IMG/VR virus record: IMGVR_UViG_3300046170_000320
Coordinates: 1,934 to 65,933 of that record
Length of the DNA stretch: 64,000 nucleotides
Origin: a virus
Lineage: Duplodnaviria > Caudoviricetes
Strand: one strand, 5' to 3'
Made by a program: the position numbers and the translations under genes
Part shown: piece by piece, positions 52,101 through 62,965 of the stretch
Layout of the letters: each line of letters starts with the position of its first letter
How positions within the stretch are numbered: the stretch's first letter is position 1
The notes under the pieces: model-generated
What the model was told of the DNA's origin: nothing
The model's database searches: none
What the model saw: only the letters and a program-made list of their open reading frames with translations

Positions 52101-54456
52101 TTTCATCTCTATCTAAACCTACAACTTCACCTCCATTAGCTTCAATTGCTTCAACAGATGATATAAGATCTTCTGTACCTTTAACAATTTCAAGTCCAAC
52201 ACCTTTAAGACCTTCAGCGAAAGCTTCAGCGCCTTTAATGTTTTTTAAAGTTCGATCTTGCGTAACTAAACTGTTTAATTCTGCGTCTATTTCTTTAAGT
52301 CTAGCAGACTCTGCTTTTGTTAAACTAGAGTTATCAACTTCCTTTATTTTATTTTTAAGATTTTTTTGTTCTATTAACAGGTCAGCAAACTCTGTTTTAT
52401 TAGTAGTAACCTCTAGGGCATTTAAAACATTGGAAGCACCTTGTACATTTCTAGCTTTTTCTTTTATAGAATTAGCTTGGGCTTCTGTTATGTCGCCAGC
52501 GCTTAGCTGTTGATCAACTCTAGCATTAATAGCCTGTAAAGACCCTTTTACTTTTAAAAGATCCATTTGAACAGGCGTTATGCCTTGTGTGCCGTCTCCT
52601 ACGTCTAGACCGTCAAAAGCCTCGTTAATACTAACTAGATTATTTTTAGTTAAAATATTATCTATTTTTCTATTAGTAATACCGCTTTTGACATTGCCAA
52701 CGGCTTGAGATATGTTAACAGGCGAAGTATATAAACCACCACCACCAACTCCAAGTAAGAAAGCATCTGGAACTCCTTCAAAAGGATCTTTACCTTTTAT
52801 TAAGTTTTGAGTTATTTGAGTTGCAACTTCTTCAATACCTTCACCTAATGTACCAGCTATAGCACCATATTTTTTTATAGCTGTTTCGTACATATCTATT
52901 AATCCTTTTTTAAATACTTGAATACCTTTTTCTTTACCTTCTTTAGCTATTATTGTTCTATAGCTTCTACCAATTGAACCTTTACCAACAAAACCAAAAA
53001 CTGTTTCAGCTGCACCTAAACCTAAAGAAGATGTAACTATATCAAACTCCGACATAGCAGGATTTTTTTCACGCATTTCTCTTATTTCAGGACCAGCAAA
53101 ACCAATTGTTCCAGCAGCTATAAACTGACCAGCTTTCATATAACCACCACCTAACATCATAGATATAGATACCGGAGCGCTTTCAGCCAAACCAGTACCC
53201 ATTTGCTTAAAACCTTCAAGATAATTTCCTTTAGCAAAACTATTAGCAATACCTTGTGTTTTGTAGTTTACTTTATCATAAGTTTTATTTATAGCATCTA
53301 ATTTTTCTCCTTCAGCAATGTAATAATTTAGTATTGGATTTGATAAATCACCTAATTCTTCTTTAGCAAATTTATCAGCACTTGCTTCAAATGATTTTGG
53401 TAAAATTCCTATTTTTACTAAAAGATTTTGAGGTAATGATGCTAAACCGTAAATAGAAGAAGGTACGTCTGCCATTATTTCACCAGCACTTACACTTCCT
53501 CTTCTAAGCCCACTTTCAAGTCTACCTAAATATCCCATTTCAGCAACTAGTTTTTCAGCTTCTTTTTGAGCTTCAGCGTCTTCACCTATTTCTTTTTTTA
53601 AGATTTCAACTAGTTTTTTTCTTTTTTCTAGTAAACTATCAAAATATTTTTTACCTTTTTTGCTTTTTATTACAGTTTGATTTTCTACTGTTGTTTTTTC
53701 ATTTTTAAATTCACCAGTTTCTGGATCTGGATATTGAAATAAACTTTTTTCTTTTTTAGTTACTTTTTTAGTTTCAAAATTGTTTAAAGCAGAATCAATT
53801 TCACTTATTTTAATTAATAAATTATCAGCACCTGTAGTTTCTTCAACATTATCAAAAGTTGGAAGACCGGAAACCATTTCTATTTCAGCCTGTTGACCTT
53901 GCACTTGATCCTCGTATTTTTTAAGATTTTTTAGTTGATCCTTGTCAAGATGATTTAATTTTTCAGCTATTTTAGCAGAAGCATAAGTATCTTCTTGAAG
54001 AATAAAATCTTTATCATCTTTAGATTTATAATAATAATCTAATTGACCTTCTGGATTTACTTCAAATTTATATTGATAAGGATCATTCTCAGGATTGTAA
54101 ACCTCGCTTTGTTTAGCTACTGTTTCATATTTTCTTCTAAAATCAAAAGTAGCATCCATGGCTTGCATGCTCATGCCTACTTTAAACTCTCCAAATTTAT
54201 AGTCTTGAAATGGTAATTCTCCATCTCCAGAATCTAAAGGTTCGGATACTTCTGTTTTTTCTGCTGTTACAGTCGTATCCTTCTCCGCAACAGCAGGTTC
54301 CTTTACCTCTTCTTTAGTTTCTTCAGTAGTAGTTTCTTCAACATCTTCTACAGTTTCTTCATCAGGTGTAAAGTTTTTAAGAATTTCTATAATTTGCTCA
54401 ACTTTCAAAGGAGGAAACTGAGACTGAAGTTCTATAGTTTTTTCTTCTAATGTCAT
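46145..54456 (-). CDS. Giant (about 2770 aa) internal/ejection polyvalent protein (indels near 48150 and 48245)
   Basis: 2070-aa and 661-aa ORFs linked by readable intervening sequence; EGIEEVATQ region, HEVLH, HAD motifs FDFDDT/ILTAR/FADD. Confidence 0.7.
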
Positions 54457-54461
54457 TTAAT

Positions 54462-55562
54462 TTAAGTTAATTTGTTATCTTGTAAAAACTTTTGAGCTTT
54501 AGCTTTTTTAGCTTCTTCTAAATCAAATACAGCGGCGTCTGCTTCTACTGCAGGAAGCTTGTTTGTAGTAAATTGCTTTAAGTAATTATTCATAAAATAA
54601 TCTCCGTATTTGCTTTCAAATAATTCTTTATTTTTTTGAGACAAAGGTAATACTTCTTTGTAATCCCAAGATAAATCACCTGCATTTGCATTTTGTGCCA
54701 TTTGATCATCTTCTTCAACACTTGATCCTTGACTAATAAAAACGTTCCAAGCAGCTACAACGCTTTGTTCTTGTTGCAGTAAGCCTGCGACTTCAGCATT
54801 TACAAACGGCTGTGCTTTTATTTTAATTTTATCTAAATCAAATTTAAGTACGTTTCTACCTTTACCACCGCCTATGTCTATTATTTCATAGTCAAAAGAT
54901 CCGTCTACATTTTTCATAACAAACTCTTCAGATAAAGAAGCTTCTGGTAATAAGTTACCTTCTTCATCTGCAGATCCCTCTGCTAAAACACCGCTGTCAA
55001 CTAATAGTTTTAGCATGTCTGCATTTACATCTGGAGTTTCAACTACAAGGCTAGTGTTTGATTCTAGTAAAGCACTAAGCGTATTGTTATTAATTACTAA
55101 AGGCTTTTCAAATAAAGGTCCTTCAAATACTATTTCCTGAGAACCATCTTGCATAAGATTTAAATAAACATTATATCCTTCTGTCTTAGAAAAACCGGGC
55201 TTATTGGTCATAATGCAATTAGCGACCATAAATGAATAATCGTTGTTAACATCATAGTAATTATCCTCTGTTACAGAAAGCTCGTCTACGACCTGTTGTA
55301 AGAACTCTATGGACTTCTGAGGAGCTTCATCTAGTCTCTTTACTTGCTCATGTTCGTAATTACAGCTTTCATCTAAACATTTACCTGATTGTATAGCCAT
55401 TTTTAGTTTAGCATACATCTTACCTGTATTAGCGTAAGCGTTGTCTAGTATTTTAAAAGAAGCGTCAATGTTAGCTGCAACATAATCTTCGTTGTAAGCT
55501 AGTGCGTTACTTTTATTAGCTTGTTGTATAGACAGATTATATGTTATGTTTTTATTCTCCAT
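54462..55562 (-). CDS. Acidic virion/ejection protein candidate
   Basis: 366 aa between pilot-like and giant genes. Confidence 0.5.
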   Translation of the reverse strand: MENKNITYNLSIQQANKSNALAYNEDYVAANIDASFKILDNAYANTGKMYAKLKMAIQSGKCLDESCNYEHEQVKRLDEAPQKSIEFLQQVVDELSVTEDNYYDVNNDYSFMVANCIMTNKPGFSKTEGYNVYLNLMQDGSQEIVFEGPLFEKPLVINNNTLSALLESNTSLVVETPDVNADMLKLLVDSGVLAEGSADEEGNLLPEASLSEEFVMKNVDGSFDYEIIDIGGGKGRNVLKFDLDKIKIKAQPFVNAEVAGLLQQEQSVVAAWNVFISQGSSVEEDDQMAQNANAGDLSWDYKEVLPLSQKNKELFESKYGDYFMNNYLKQFTTNKLPAVEADAAVFDLEEAKKAKAQKFLQDNKLT

Positions 55563-55566
55563 TTTA

Positions 55567-56229
55567 TTATCGGTTATTAAAATCTATACCGCCAAATAAA
55601 CTAGCCGCAGCTCCAATGCCACCGGTCAAAGCAGCTGTACTGTCTCTACTAGCAGAAGCGGCTTGACCTCTTAATGCTGATATTTGATTAGAAACTCTAT
55701 CTAACTGTTGTTGTTCTCTTTGCTCTGTCATACCAAACACAAACTGTCTACCAGCAACATCCGCTTGTTGTAGCCTTTGTTGTTCAGACATTTTCTGCTG
55801 CTGTAGTGTAGCTTCACCAGCTGCTCTTTGTCTTTCATTAGCTACTTCTTGACTTTCAATACTAGCTGCTACACCTTTTTTAGCCCGCAATGCGGCTTGA
55901 GCTAAAGCCGTGGCACCACCTGCTGAAGCACCCGTAGCTCTTATAGTATCTAAGGTGTTAGCTAAAGCGATATCAGACTCTTCTATTTGCATTTCAGCCG
56001 CTTGAGTAGCTACGCTTAAATTAGCAAAAGGATTACTAAGCATTGAACTTAAATCTTGAATTCCTACATAAGGATCTATAATAGCTTGTCTATTATTTTC
56101 TAGTTCGGTTAATTTTCTTTGTAACTTTCTAGCTTGCCTTGCAGCTCTTTTAGCAGCTCTTCTAGCCTTGCTAGAACCAATGATACCACCAGCTAAACTA
56201 GCTACGCCGCCTATTATAGCTCCTACCAT
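55567..56229 (-). CDS. DNA pilot/ejection protein candidate
   Basis: N-terminal GA-rich hydrophobic segment, Q/A coiled coil. Confidence 0.6.
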   Translation of the reverse strand: MVGAIIGGVASLAGGIIGSSKARRAAKRAARQARKLQRKLTELENNRQAIIDPYVGIQDLSSMLSNPFANLSVATQAAEMQIEESDIALANTLDTIRATGASAGGATALAQAALRAKKGVAASIESQEVANERQRAAGEATLQQQKMSEQQRLQQADVAGRQFVFGMTEQREQQQLDRVSNQISALRGQAASASRDSTAALTGGIGAAASLFGGIDFNNR

Positions 56230-56247
56230 TTTTTTATATTTTTATTA

Positions 56248-57918
56248 TTAATATCCATTATTAAAATTATATTCACTACCGACTTGAAATAACTGTTTTT
56301 CGCCTCCAAAATCAGTAGTAGAATCTGTTGACATTGTAACTACTGAATAAAAGCCTTTAATACCAGTTATGTCATTTCCAAAATGAATTTCACCCTCTAC
56401 CGGTGTACTATTATTAACTAAATTAGCATAATATTTATTTTCTTTACGATTAAAACCTGCTCTAAAAATATTACCAGTAAGAGGAGTAGGGAAAACATTG
56501 CCAAAAGAATCATAACTACCTTCTTCGTAACTTAAAACATTATTTGTAGAATCATTTGAAAAAGAATAAACACTATTAATTTCATCTTCACCTGTTGAGT
56601 CTGAAATAAAAGAATCAACTTGCCAACCGTTATAGCCTTCGTACTCTATATTTTTGAAAGTTTTAGATACGCTAGGATTTTCGTTTAAGATAAATTTTAT
56701 ACTTGAATTGTAATTTATTCCGTAAAATTTGTTTCTTGCTAAATCACTAAAATTAAGTTGCGTATTGTCGTTTAATATTTGAGCTTTATTAACTGTTATT
56801 GTATTACCGTTAATGCTTAATATAAATGTTCCAGGTTTTATTGTAGAACCGTAAACAATGTCACCTAGTCTTAAATCACCTTGAATATTATCAAGAGTAA
56901 TTAATTGACTAGTCTGAACAGGACCATTTGTCAATGCTTGAGTAATTTTGTTTTCATTATAATTATGAAGCCAAAGTCTGCCATTTTCCGTTGTGTATGT
57001 TTGGTTTCTAATTGATAATATTTGATCTGGTTTGAAACTAAAAAAGCTAGTCCAACCTTTAACCCTTTCGTCCCAAGCTAAAGTAGTAGGTTTATTATTA
57101 TTATCATTTAACGTTATATTTTTTCTAGTATTAACAAAATATTGACTTGTATACACATCCCAGCCACCTAATATTCTTCCTGGAGCTGAAGATAATTTTA
57201 TTCTGTTTAATTCATCTCTAAAATAATCTTTCATACCAGCAGAAGATATTTCATCTATACCACTTCGAGAAAGTTTTAATATAACATTTTTGTTTGAATC
57301 TGAAAAATATTTATTGTATCCATAAACAGCAAAGCTTTCTGGATTTTTAGATATTCCATATTCACCAGCATAAGGTTGAATAGCACCTATAACTAAGTTA
57401 GAAGAAGTAACAGTGCCACCGCCTTCTGCTGAATAAATAGCGTCTTTATCAATTAAAGCTCTACTTACTTTTAGCTCTTGAAATATATTTAAATTAGTAT
57501 CTTCAGCATAAAGTTTCTGTATAGATCCATTAACAGGGTCTAAACTTTTAGTTATTTCCTCTCCTACGCTAAAAACATTAGTATTGTTTATACCTGTTCT
57601 AGAATTAAATATACCAGAGTATATAAGTGTATTAACTCTTGGTGAAGCATTTGGCTCGTCTTCTACTAAATAAGCCTTAGCACCGTAATCTGTAGATGTA
57701 TTATTATAACCACCTCTAATTCTAGCTTCCTCAATAGACCAATTAGTTAAATCGTCATCATCAACAGACAAAGGAAAATTTCTAGGATAACCACCAATTT
57801 CTTGAGGTATACCTCTTGAGCCATTCCACATAGCTGTTCCATCGCTTGAATTGAAGCCGCTATTACTCTTTTTTAGAATAAAGGTATTAAAATATTTTAC
57901 TTCTATTATAGCCGCCAT
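56248..57918 (-). CDS. Tail stabilisation/nozzle protein, C-terminal-type part
   Basis: GSIQKL, GEYGISKNPESFA, GWTSFFSFKP, KTFKNIEYEG resemble crAss-like muzzle/P22 gp10-like proteins. Confidence 0.6.
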   Translation of the reverse strand: MAAIIEVKYFNTFILKKSNSGFNSSDGTAMWNGSRGIPQEIGGYPRNFPLSVDDDDLTNWSIEEARIRGGYNNTSTDYGAKAYLVEDEPNASPRVNTLIYSGIFNSRTGINNTNVFSVGEEITKSLDPVNGSIQKLYAEDTNLNIFQELKVSRALIDKDAIYSAEGGGTVTSSNLVIGAIQPYAGEYGISKNPESFAVYGYNKYFSDSNKNVILKLSRSGIDEISSAGMKDYFRDELNRIKLSSAPGRILGGWDVYTSQYFVNTRKNITLNDNNNKPTTLAWDERVKGWTSFFSFKPDQILSIRNQTYTTENGRLWLHNYNENKITQALTNGPVQTSQLITLDNIQGDLRLGDIVYGSTIKPGTFILSINGNTITVNKAQILNDNTQLNFSDLARNKFYGINYNSSIKFILNENPSVSKTFKNIEYEGYNGWQVDSFISDSTGEDEINSVYSFSNDSTNNVLSYEEGSYDSFGNVFPTPLTGNIFRAGFNRKENKYYANLVNNSTPVEGEIHFGNDITGIKGFYSVVTMSTDSTTDFGGEKQLFQVGSEYNFNNGY

Positions 57919-57920
57919 AT

Positions 57921-57951
57921 TATATTATCACTTATTTTTTTTTGTTTTAAC
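57921..57951 (-). promoter_or_regulatory. Class II promoter-like variant GTTA-N16-GTGATAATATA
   Basis: Same spacing; immediately upstream of ATG 57918. Confidence 0.5.
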
Positions 57952-57952
57952 T

Positions 57953-60900
57953 CTACGTTCCTGGTGTGCAATTTTCTTGACAAGAGCTTATAGTTCCAGA
58001 GCCGACTTGACCAGATGACACCATTTGCTGCCCGAATGAAAAAGTAGTAAATGGGTTATAAGGCGTAACGTCTTCTTGTTCTACAGGATAGCTTTCAAAA
58101 TCACAGTTTCTATTAATTACTGCTGTTTTTTGAGGAAAAGCGTTTGTAACCTGTGCACACAGCTCTTGATATGTTGCTGGTTGGTTTGGGTTAATTGGGG
58201 AATAGTAAGGGAATTGCCCAGCAATCCTCATTCTAGGAAATACAGGAGTTGTAAAAACATCACCGGCTGCATTTGGCACTGTCACCAACCATCTACCACT
58301 TGAAAAACTAATAACATCTCCAACGCTTAAACCGTGAGATTCAAATGTTGTTATTATAGCATCTGTTCCGAAATCATTACTAAAAGGTGGTCCAGCATTT
58401 GTATAATCTACAGAACTTACTCTTACTGTAGGATTATCGTTAGAATCTAATATAATAGAGTTTGGTGCAGTAGAAAAACCGCCAGAAGTTTGGTAAATTT
58501 CATCTCCATTAGCGGGGTTAGAGGTATTTCCATCTGTTGGTTGAACGAATATAGGTCCTCTTGGAACTCCAGCTATAACGTTAGGATCAAAAATACCTGA
58601 TGTTACTCCATTTGGAAAGAAAGCATTGTCACCCAACAAGTTTTCTGTTCTAAAAATATTTCCATCTAAAACTTCGGCCACAGTACAAGTGCCATCTTTA
58701 TAAACATCACCACCAACAGCCAGGTCTCTAGGCGTTATAAAATTCCAACCCCAAGCTTTTTCAACATTAATTCTATTTATTCTTACTATTGCTCTGCAAT
58801 AAGGTTGCTGAGTTTCTAGAGAATCAAAACTTCCGTTAGCATCTATCACTTTCAACCAAATAGCCCAATCCTGAAAATCTTCAAAAGCCAAGCTAGTACC
58901 TCCAGCTGTAGTAACAAAAGAAAAAGACGGTGAGGCTGGGTCAGGTTTTTCTAATGTACAAAAACTAACGCCTGAGTTTATTGAATCGCTAGTGGCTATA
59001 GTGGTATTTAAAGTAAAAGGTCCAGTTTGTCCAATATTTTCAATAGTATAGCCTGTCACAGGATCTGTATATACTTGATCAAAAACGTTTTGCTCACTAA
59101 AAGAGCCTCCAAATTCTTGTAATTGACTTGTACGCAGTTGCGCTATTATTTCAAATTGAAGTTCTTGACCTGCTAAAAATCTTTGTCCAGAAACAGCACC
59201 ATCTTCGTAAAATCTAGAACCATTTTCTGCTTCTATTATATTTATAGCTATAGTTTCTGTTTGTGATATGTCTATATTTGGCGGAGTATTACCATTTTCG
59301 CCATCATAACCAGGCGTGCTAGGACAACTTATAAAAGTAGGTATTTTATTTTTAAGCTCTATATTTTCTATAAAATATGTTACAGATTGTTGTACCGTAT
59401 TTGTTACTTTAATATTTACAACAAAGTTTCTTATAGCGGGATCTTCTAAGAAAACAAATAATTCGTTTGTTTTAATTTGATAAAAACCTGGTGTAGTTGT
59501 TTCTTCTAAAACAAAAGCAGTACTTCTATCAGCTCCCGTTTGGTCTATAATACTAGCTTCTCCTGGTACTTGTGATTCTAATGTTATTTCAAAATCATTA
59601 GGGTCAACATCTGTTCCAAAAATATCTTGAACAGTAAAACCATTACCATTTATTATGGAAGATCCTATGGCTAAATCTTCAAAAAACAAAGCATCATTAA
59701 AATCTATTATTTCAATAGCGCCTAATGTATCACTCAATATAGATGTATTTAAATCAGATATTAAACCGCTAGAAGAAGTTTCCCAAAATATATCTAGCAA
59801 ACTCTCTACTGGTTCTGTTTCATAAACAGCTAAATACTGTATTCCAACTGGATTAGTTTGCGGATTGTCAAAAAACGTAAGCGTAGTTCCTGTTTCAAAT
59901 ATACTTTGTCCCTGTGCTGATCCAACAGAAATAGGACTTCCAGGAGCTGGATTAGCCAGCTTTACAGTAGGAAGCGATGCAACTGCAACAACTGTACCTT
60001 CTGCTAAACCTCCGCCCCTAACAGACATGCCACTTACTATAGTCCCTTGTATGTCAGCCAATGTAACTGTATCTTCTTGTACCACAGGTGGCGTCGTGCC
60101 AGTTTGAGCAGGAGTTTTAGTAGTATCAACAATACCGCTTCCAGTAACAAGATTAGTGCTGTTTATTTGACCTATTTTATTTTCAGTAGTTATTCTAGCT
60201 ATTAAAGGGTTTGAAGTATAAGAGTAAAATTGTGGAAAAAAATCTGGTCTCTCGGAAACCAAAGGGCTAAAATCAAATAAATCATTTAGAGTAGATATAA
60301 CAGAAACAGTATCTGGTTTTATTCCTGGGTAATAAGGTCTATTTTCAGAAAAATTCAAAACAGCAGGATCAACATGGTTTTCTACTCTTCCAAAAATACC
60401 AACTGAACTTCTAAATTGTTTTTGCTGTGGACCAACTTCATTTAAGTCTCTTGGTATCTTATTTATATTATCATTTATAAGAACAGTGTGTGATGTTCTA
60501 CCTAACTCTAGTAAAGCGTCTTTAGGATAAGCAGCCATTACGCCAGGCAGATAAACATTGTAATATTCTTGTTCTGTTTGTTTAACAACTATCTTCCAAG
60601 AGTACCAACCTAAAGGATTATATTTTGAGCTATTTTCATCTCCATTATACAATCCAGGCCAACCAATAGAAGTATTTTTATTGCTAGGTCCAATGGGACT
60701 GTTGAAAGAAACTTTCAAGGAATCACCTGGCCAAGTAGATTGAACTATAGAGCTTGAATTATAAGCAGAGTATATGGTAGACCCCTTAAATTCCACGCCT
60801 CTAGTGGTAACAGTGTTTAAACTATTTGAAAGTATAACGCTTGATTGTCTACCATATCTATCAGAAAGAACCACACCTACTTGATAATTTCTATTTTGTT

Positions 60901-62959
60901 TTACAGAATGGTTTGGGTACTCTATAATACTAGTAGCGTCTTGAGTATTACTAGCTGGCATTAGCTCTATTATATCGCCGTTATTATAATTAACATTATT
61001 AGTCAATGTTAACGTATTAGTGAAAGAGTCATAATCTTTAACAACAGTTCCAGCCGGTATACTTGCATCTTTACTTGTTATAATAGAACCAATTATATTA
61101 CCACTATCCCATATGGTTCCAGATTCAGAACCAGAATTTATAGTTATTTTAGACGGTTCTTTTCCAGTTGGAGGAACTTGAGAATCAGCAGTTCCATTAT
61201 TTACTGAAAATTCAGCCTTAGGACTGGAGCTGACATTGTAATCTAAAAAAGCCGGAGGCGTATGTTTATTTTGAAAATTACCATAAACAACTCTATTGCT
61301 TATTATTTCTTGAGCTAAAGATCTAACTGGAGTTTTATCATACACTCTAATAAGATCTTTTTCTGGTAAAACTTTAAAAGGTTTTCTAGATTGATAATCA
61401 TATATATAAAATCTAGGATTTCCTATTGTTATTATATCACCAGCATTTAAAGTTACATTTTCACTAAGTGTTATATTTCCAGATGTAGGTATAGCTGGAT
61501 TAGTTGGTGAAAAATCAGTTACTGTTATAGCAGAACCAGTGCTACCTTCAAATGTAACTTGAGAGCCAACTAATATACCTCCTTTAATATTTTCAATAGC
61601 AAATGGACCTTGACTTGCTGTTACAGGATTCGTAACTTCGGCTTCACCTGAAGAGTTGAATATAGTTTCTATAGAAACTTGCTCTATAACTTTAACAGCC
61701 GCCTGGTTAGACTCTTTATAAAGAATATCTATAGAGTCAACTTTTAAAGCATTTTGCAAATCATAGTTATTAAATGGAAGTGGTATATAAAGTAATATTT
61801 TATTTACTTTATTTTCCATAAATTCAACTATGGTACTTTGATACGATGCTTTTTGATCATTAATTTCTTTACTCGCGTAAACATTACCAGCAACATTAGG
61901 GGTATCTAAGTCTGTTTTATTTGTAACAAAATAACCATCTTGCTTTGGTATAAAAGCAGGTTGAGTAAAAGGTGAAAATATAGAGTTTTCACCATCAACA
62001 AAATTAAATCTATAACCAAATCTTACGAACCTATCTTCTAAGTAATTAGGATCACCATTATATGATTTTTCAAAATATGGATTTGGCTCAAAAACAATTT
62101 CTAAATCATCACTAACTATTGTTATATCTTTATCTAGTTGTATGTAAGCTGGCGGTGAGACTGAGGTATCAATTTTAGTTACTTTTGTGTCATTTAAAAT
62201 AGTTGATCCAGGAGATGCAGATGACTTTAAAACAGAGTTTATATATATATTTCCAATTATATTAGAAATAGGTACATCTGTTCCAGCTGTGTAAGTTCCG
62301 GTAACGGAGTTAGCAGTACCTCCATTTGGATAAAATTTACTAGTAACATCTAGCATAGTTGTTTCATATTGTTCAGAACTAGATAATAAGCTTTGTCTGT
62401 ACAATAGTATGCTTTGATATGGATTATATGTAGATACAGATATTTGATCTTCTGTTTGATAATAAGAACTAGAACCTAAAGCCGATATTATATTTATTTT
62501 TCTAGGTTGATTTCTATTATCTGTCCAAAATAAAAAGTCTTCTAAAACATTAACACCGTATATAAAATTTGTTTTTGAAAAATTTAAAAAAGCACCTTCA
62601 ACTAACTTATTAGCTACTTTTGATACAGTATTGTAAACATATATAAAGTTAGACGCAGTCGGAGAATATCTGAAGTTAGAAGGTGAAGGATCTGTGTAGT
62701 TTGTTAAAAATAAATATATATTATTATTAATGTCATCAGAAAAATAACCTATACATGTTAAATCGCTGACGTCTTCTAAAGAACCAAAATCTACAGCTAG
62801 AGAATTTCCTAAGACATTTTCTAAAGATCCTACTCCATCTCCTTCTGATCTACTTACTTGAACATTTAAAGCGTCTCTGTAATCACCGTTTCTTAATAAT
62901 CTAGCGTCAATGTCTTTATTCATTTTAGACCCTAGAAAAGTATTTTGAGCTTTAGCCAT
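57953..62959 (-). CDS. Large tail stabilisation/nozzle protein
   Basis: MNKDIDARLL..GDYRDALN, LFWTDNRNQPRKINI, NRVVYGNF, YQVGVVLSDRYGR. Confidence 0.65.
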   Translation of the reverse strand: MAKAQNTFLGSKMNKDIDARLLRNGDYRDALNVQVSRSEGDGVGSLENVLGNSLAVDFGSLEDVSDLTCIGYFSDDINNNIYLFLTNYTDPSPSNFRYSPTASNFIYVYNTVSKVANKLVEGAFLNFSKTNFIYGVNVLEDFLFWTDNRNQPRKINIISALGSSSYYQTEDQISVSTYNPYQSILLYRQSLLSSSEQYETTMLDVTSKFYPNGGTANSVTGTYTAGTDVPISNIIGNIYINSVLKSSASPGSTILNDTKVTKIDTSVSPPAYIQLDKDITIVSDDLEIVFEPNPYFEKSYNGDPNYLEDRFVRFGYRFNFVDGENSIFSPFTQPAFIPKQDGYFVTNKTDLDTPNVAGNVYASKEINDQKASYQSTIVEFMENKVNKILLYIPLPFNNYDLQNALKVDSIDILYKESNQAAVKVIEQVSIETIFNSSGEAEVTNPVTASQGPFAIENIKGGILVGSQVTFEGSTGSAITVTDFSPTNPAIPTSGNITLSENVTLNAGDIITIGNPRFYIYDYQSRKPFKVLPEKDLIRVYDKTPVRSLAQEIISNRVVYGNFQNKHTPPAFLDYNVSSSPKAEFSVNNGTADSQVPPTGKEPSKITINSGSESGTIWDSGNIIGSIITSKDASIPAGTVVKDYDSFTNTLTLTNNVNYNNGDIIELMPASNTQDATSIIEYPNHSVKQNRNYQVGVVLSDRYGRQSSVILSNSLNTVTTRGVEFKGSTIYSAYNSSSIVQSTWPGDSLKVSFNSPIGPSNKNTSIGWPGLYNGDENSSKYNPLGWYSWKIVVKQTEQEYYNVYLPGVMAAYPKDALLELGRTSHTVLINDNINKIPRDLNEVGPQQKQFRSSVGIFGRVENHVDPAVLNFSENRPYYPGIKPDTVSVISTLNDLFDFSPLVSERPDFFPQFYSYTSNPLIARITTENKIGQINSTNLVTGSGIVDTTKTPAQTGTTPPVVQEDTVTLADIQGTIVSGMSVRGGGLAEGTVVAVASLPTVKLANPAPGSPISVGSAQGQSIFETGTTLTFFDNPQTNPVGIQYLAVYETEPVESLLDIFWETSSSGLISDLNTSILSDTLGAIEIIDFNDALFFEDLAIGSSIINGNGFTVQDIFGTDVDPNDFEITLESQVPGEASIIDQTGADRSTAFVLEETTTPGFYQIKTNELFVFLEDPAIRNFVVNIKVTNTVQQSVTYFIENIELKNKIPTFISCPSTPGYDGENGNTPPNIDISQTETIAINIIEAENGSRFYEDGAVSGQRFLAGQELQFEIIAQLRTSQLQEFGGSFSEQNVFDQVYTDPVTGYTIENIGQTGPFTLNTTIATSDSINSGVSFCTLEKPDPASPSFSFVTTAGGTSLAFEDFQDWAIWLKVIDANGSFDSLETQQPYCRAIVRINRINVEKAWGWNFITPRDLAVGGDVYKDGTCTVAEVLDGNIFRTENLLGDNAFFPNGVTSGIFDPNVIAGVPRGPIFVQPTDGNTSNPANGDEIYQTSGGFSTAPNSIILDSNDNPTVRVSSVDYTNAGPPFSNDFGTDAIITTFESHGLSVGDVISFSSGRWLVTVPNAAGDVFTTPVFPRMRIAGQFPYYSPINPNQPATYQELCAQVTNAFPQKTAVINRNCDFESYPVEQEDVTPYNPFTTFSFGQQMVSSGQVGSGTISSCQENCTPGT

Positions 62960-62965
62960 TTAATT

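Noticed and set aside
48491-52513. Antisense ORFs over large genes (here and elsewhere)
   Set aside because: S/L/F-rich mirror-frame translations of the sense genes
48244-54456. crAss-like virion RNA polymerase
   Set aside because: The only candidate motif is DFDDT, in clear HAD context; no DxDxD catalytic loop was recognised (a remote fold is not excluded)
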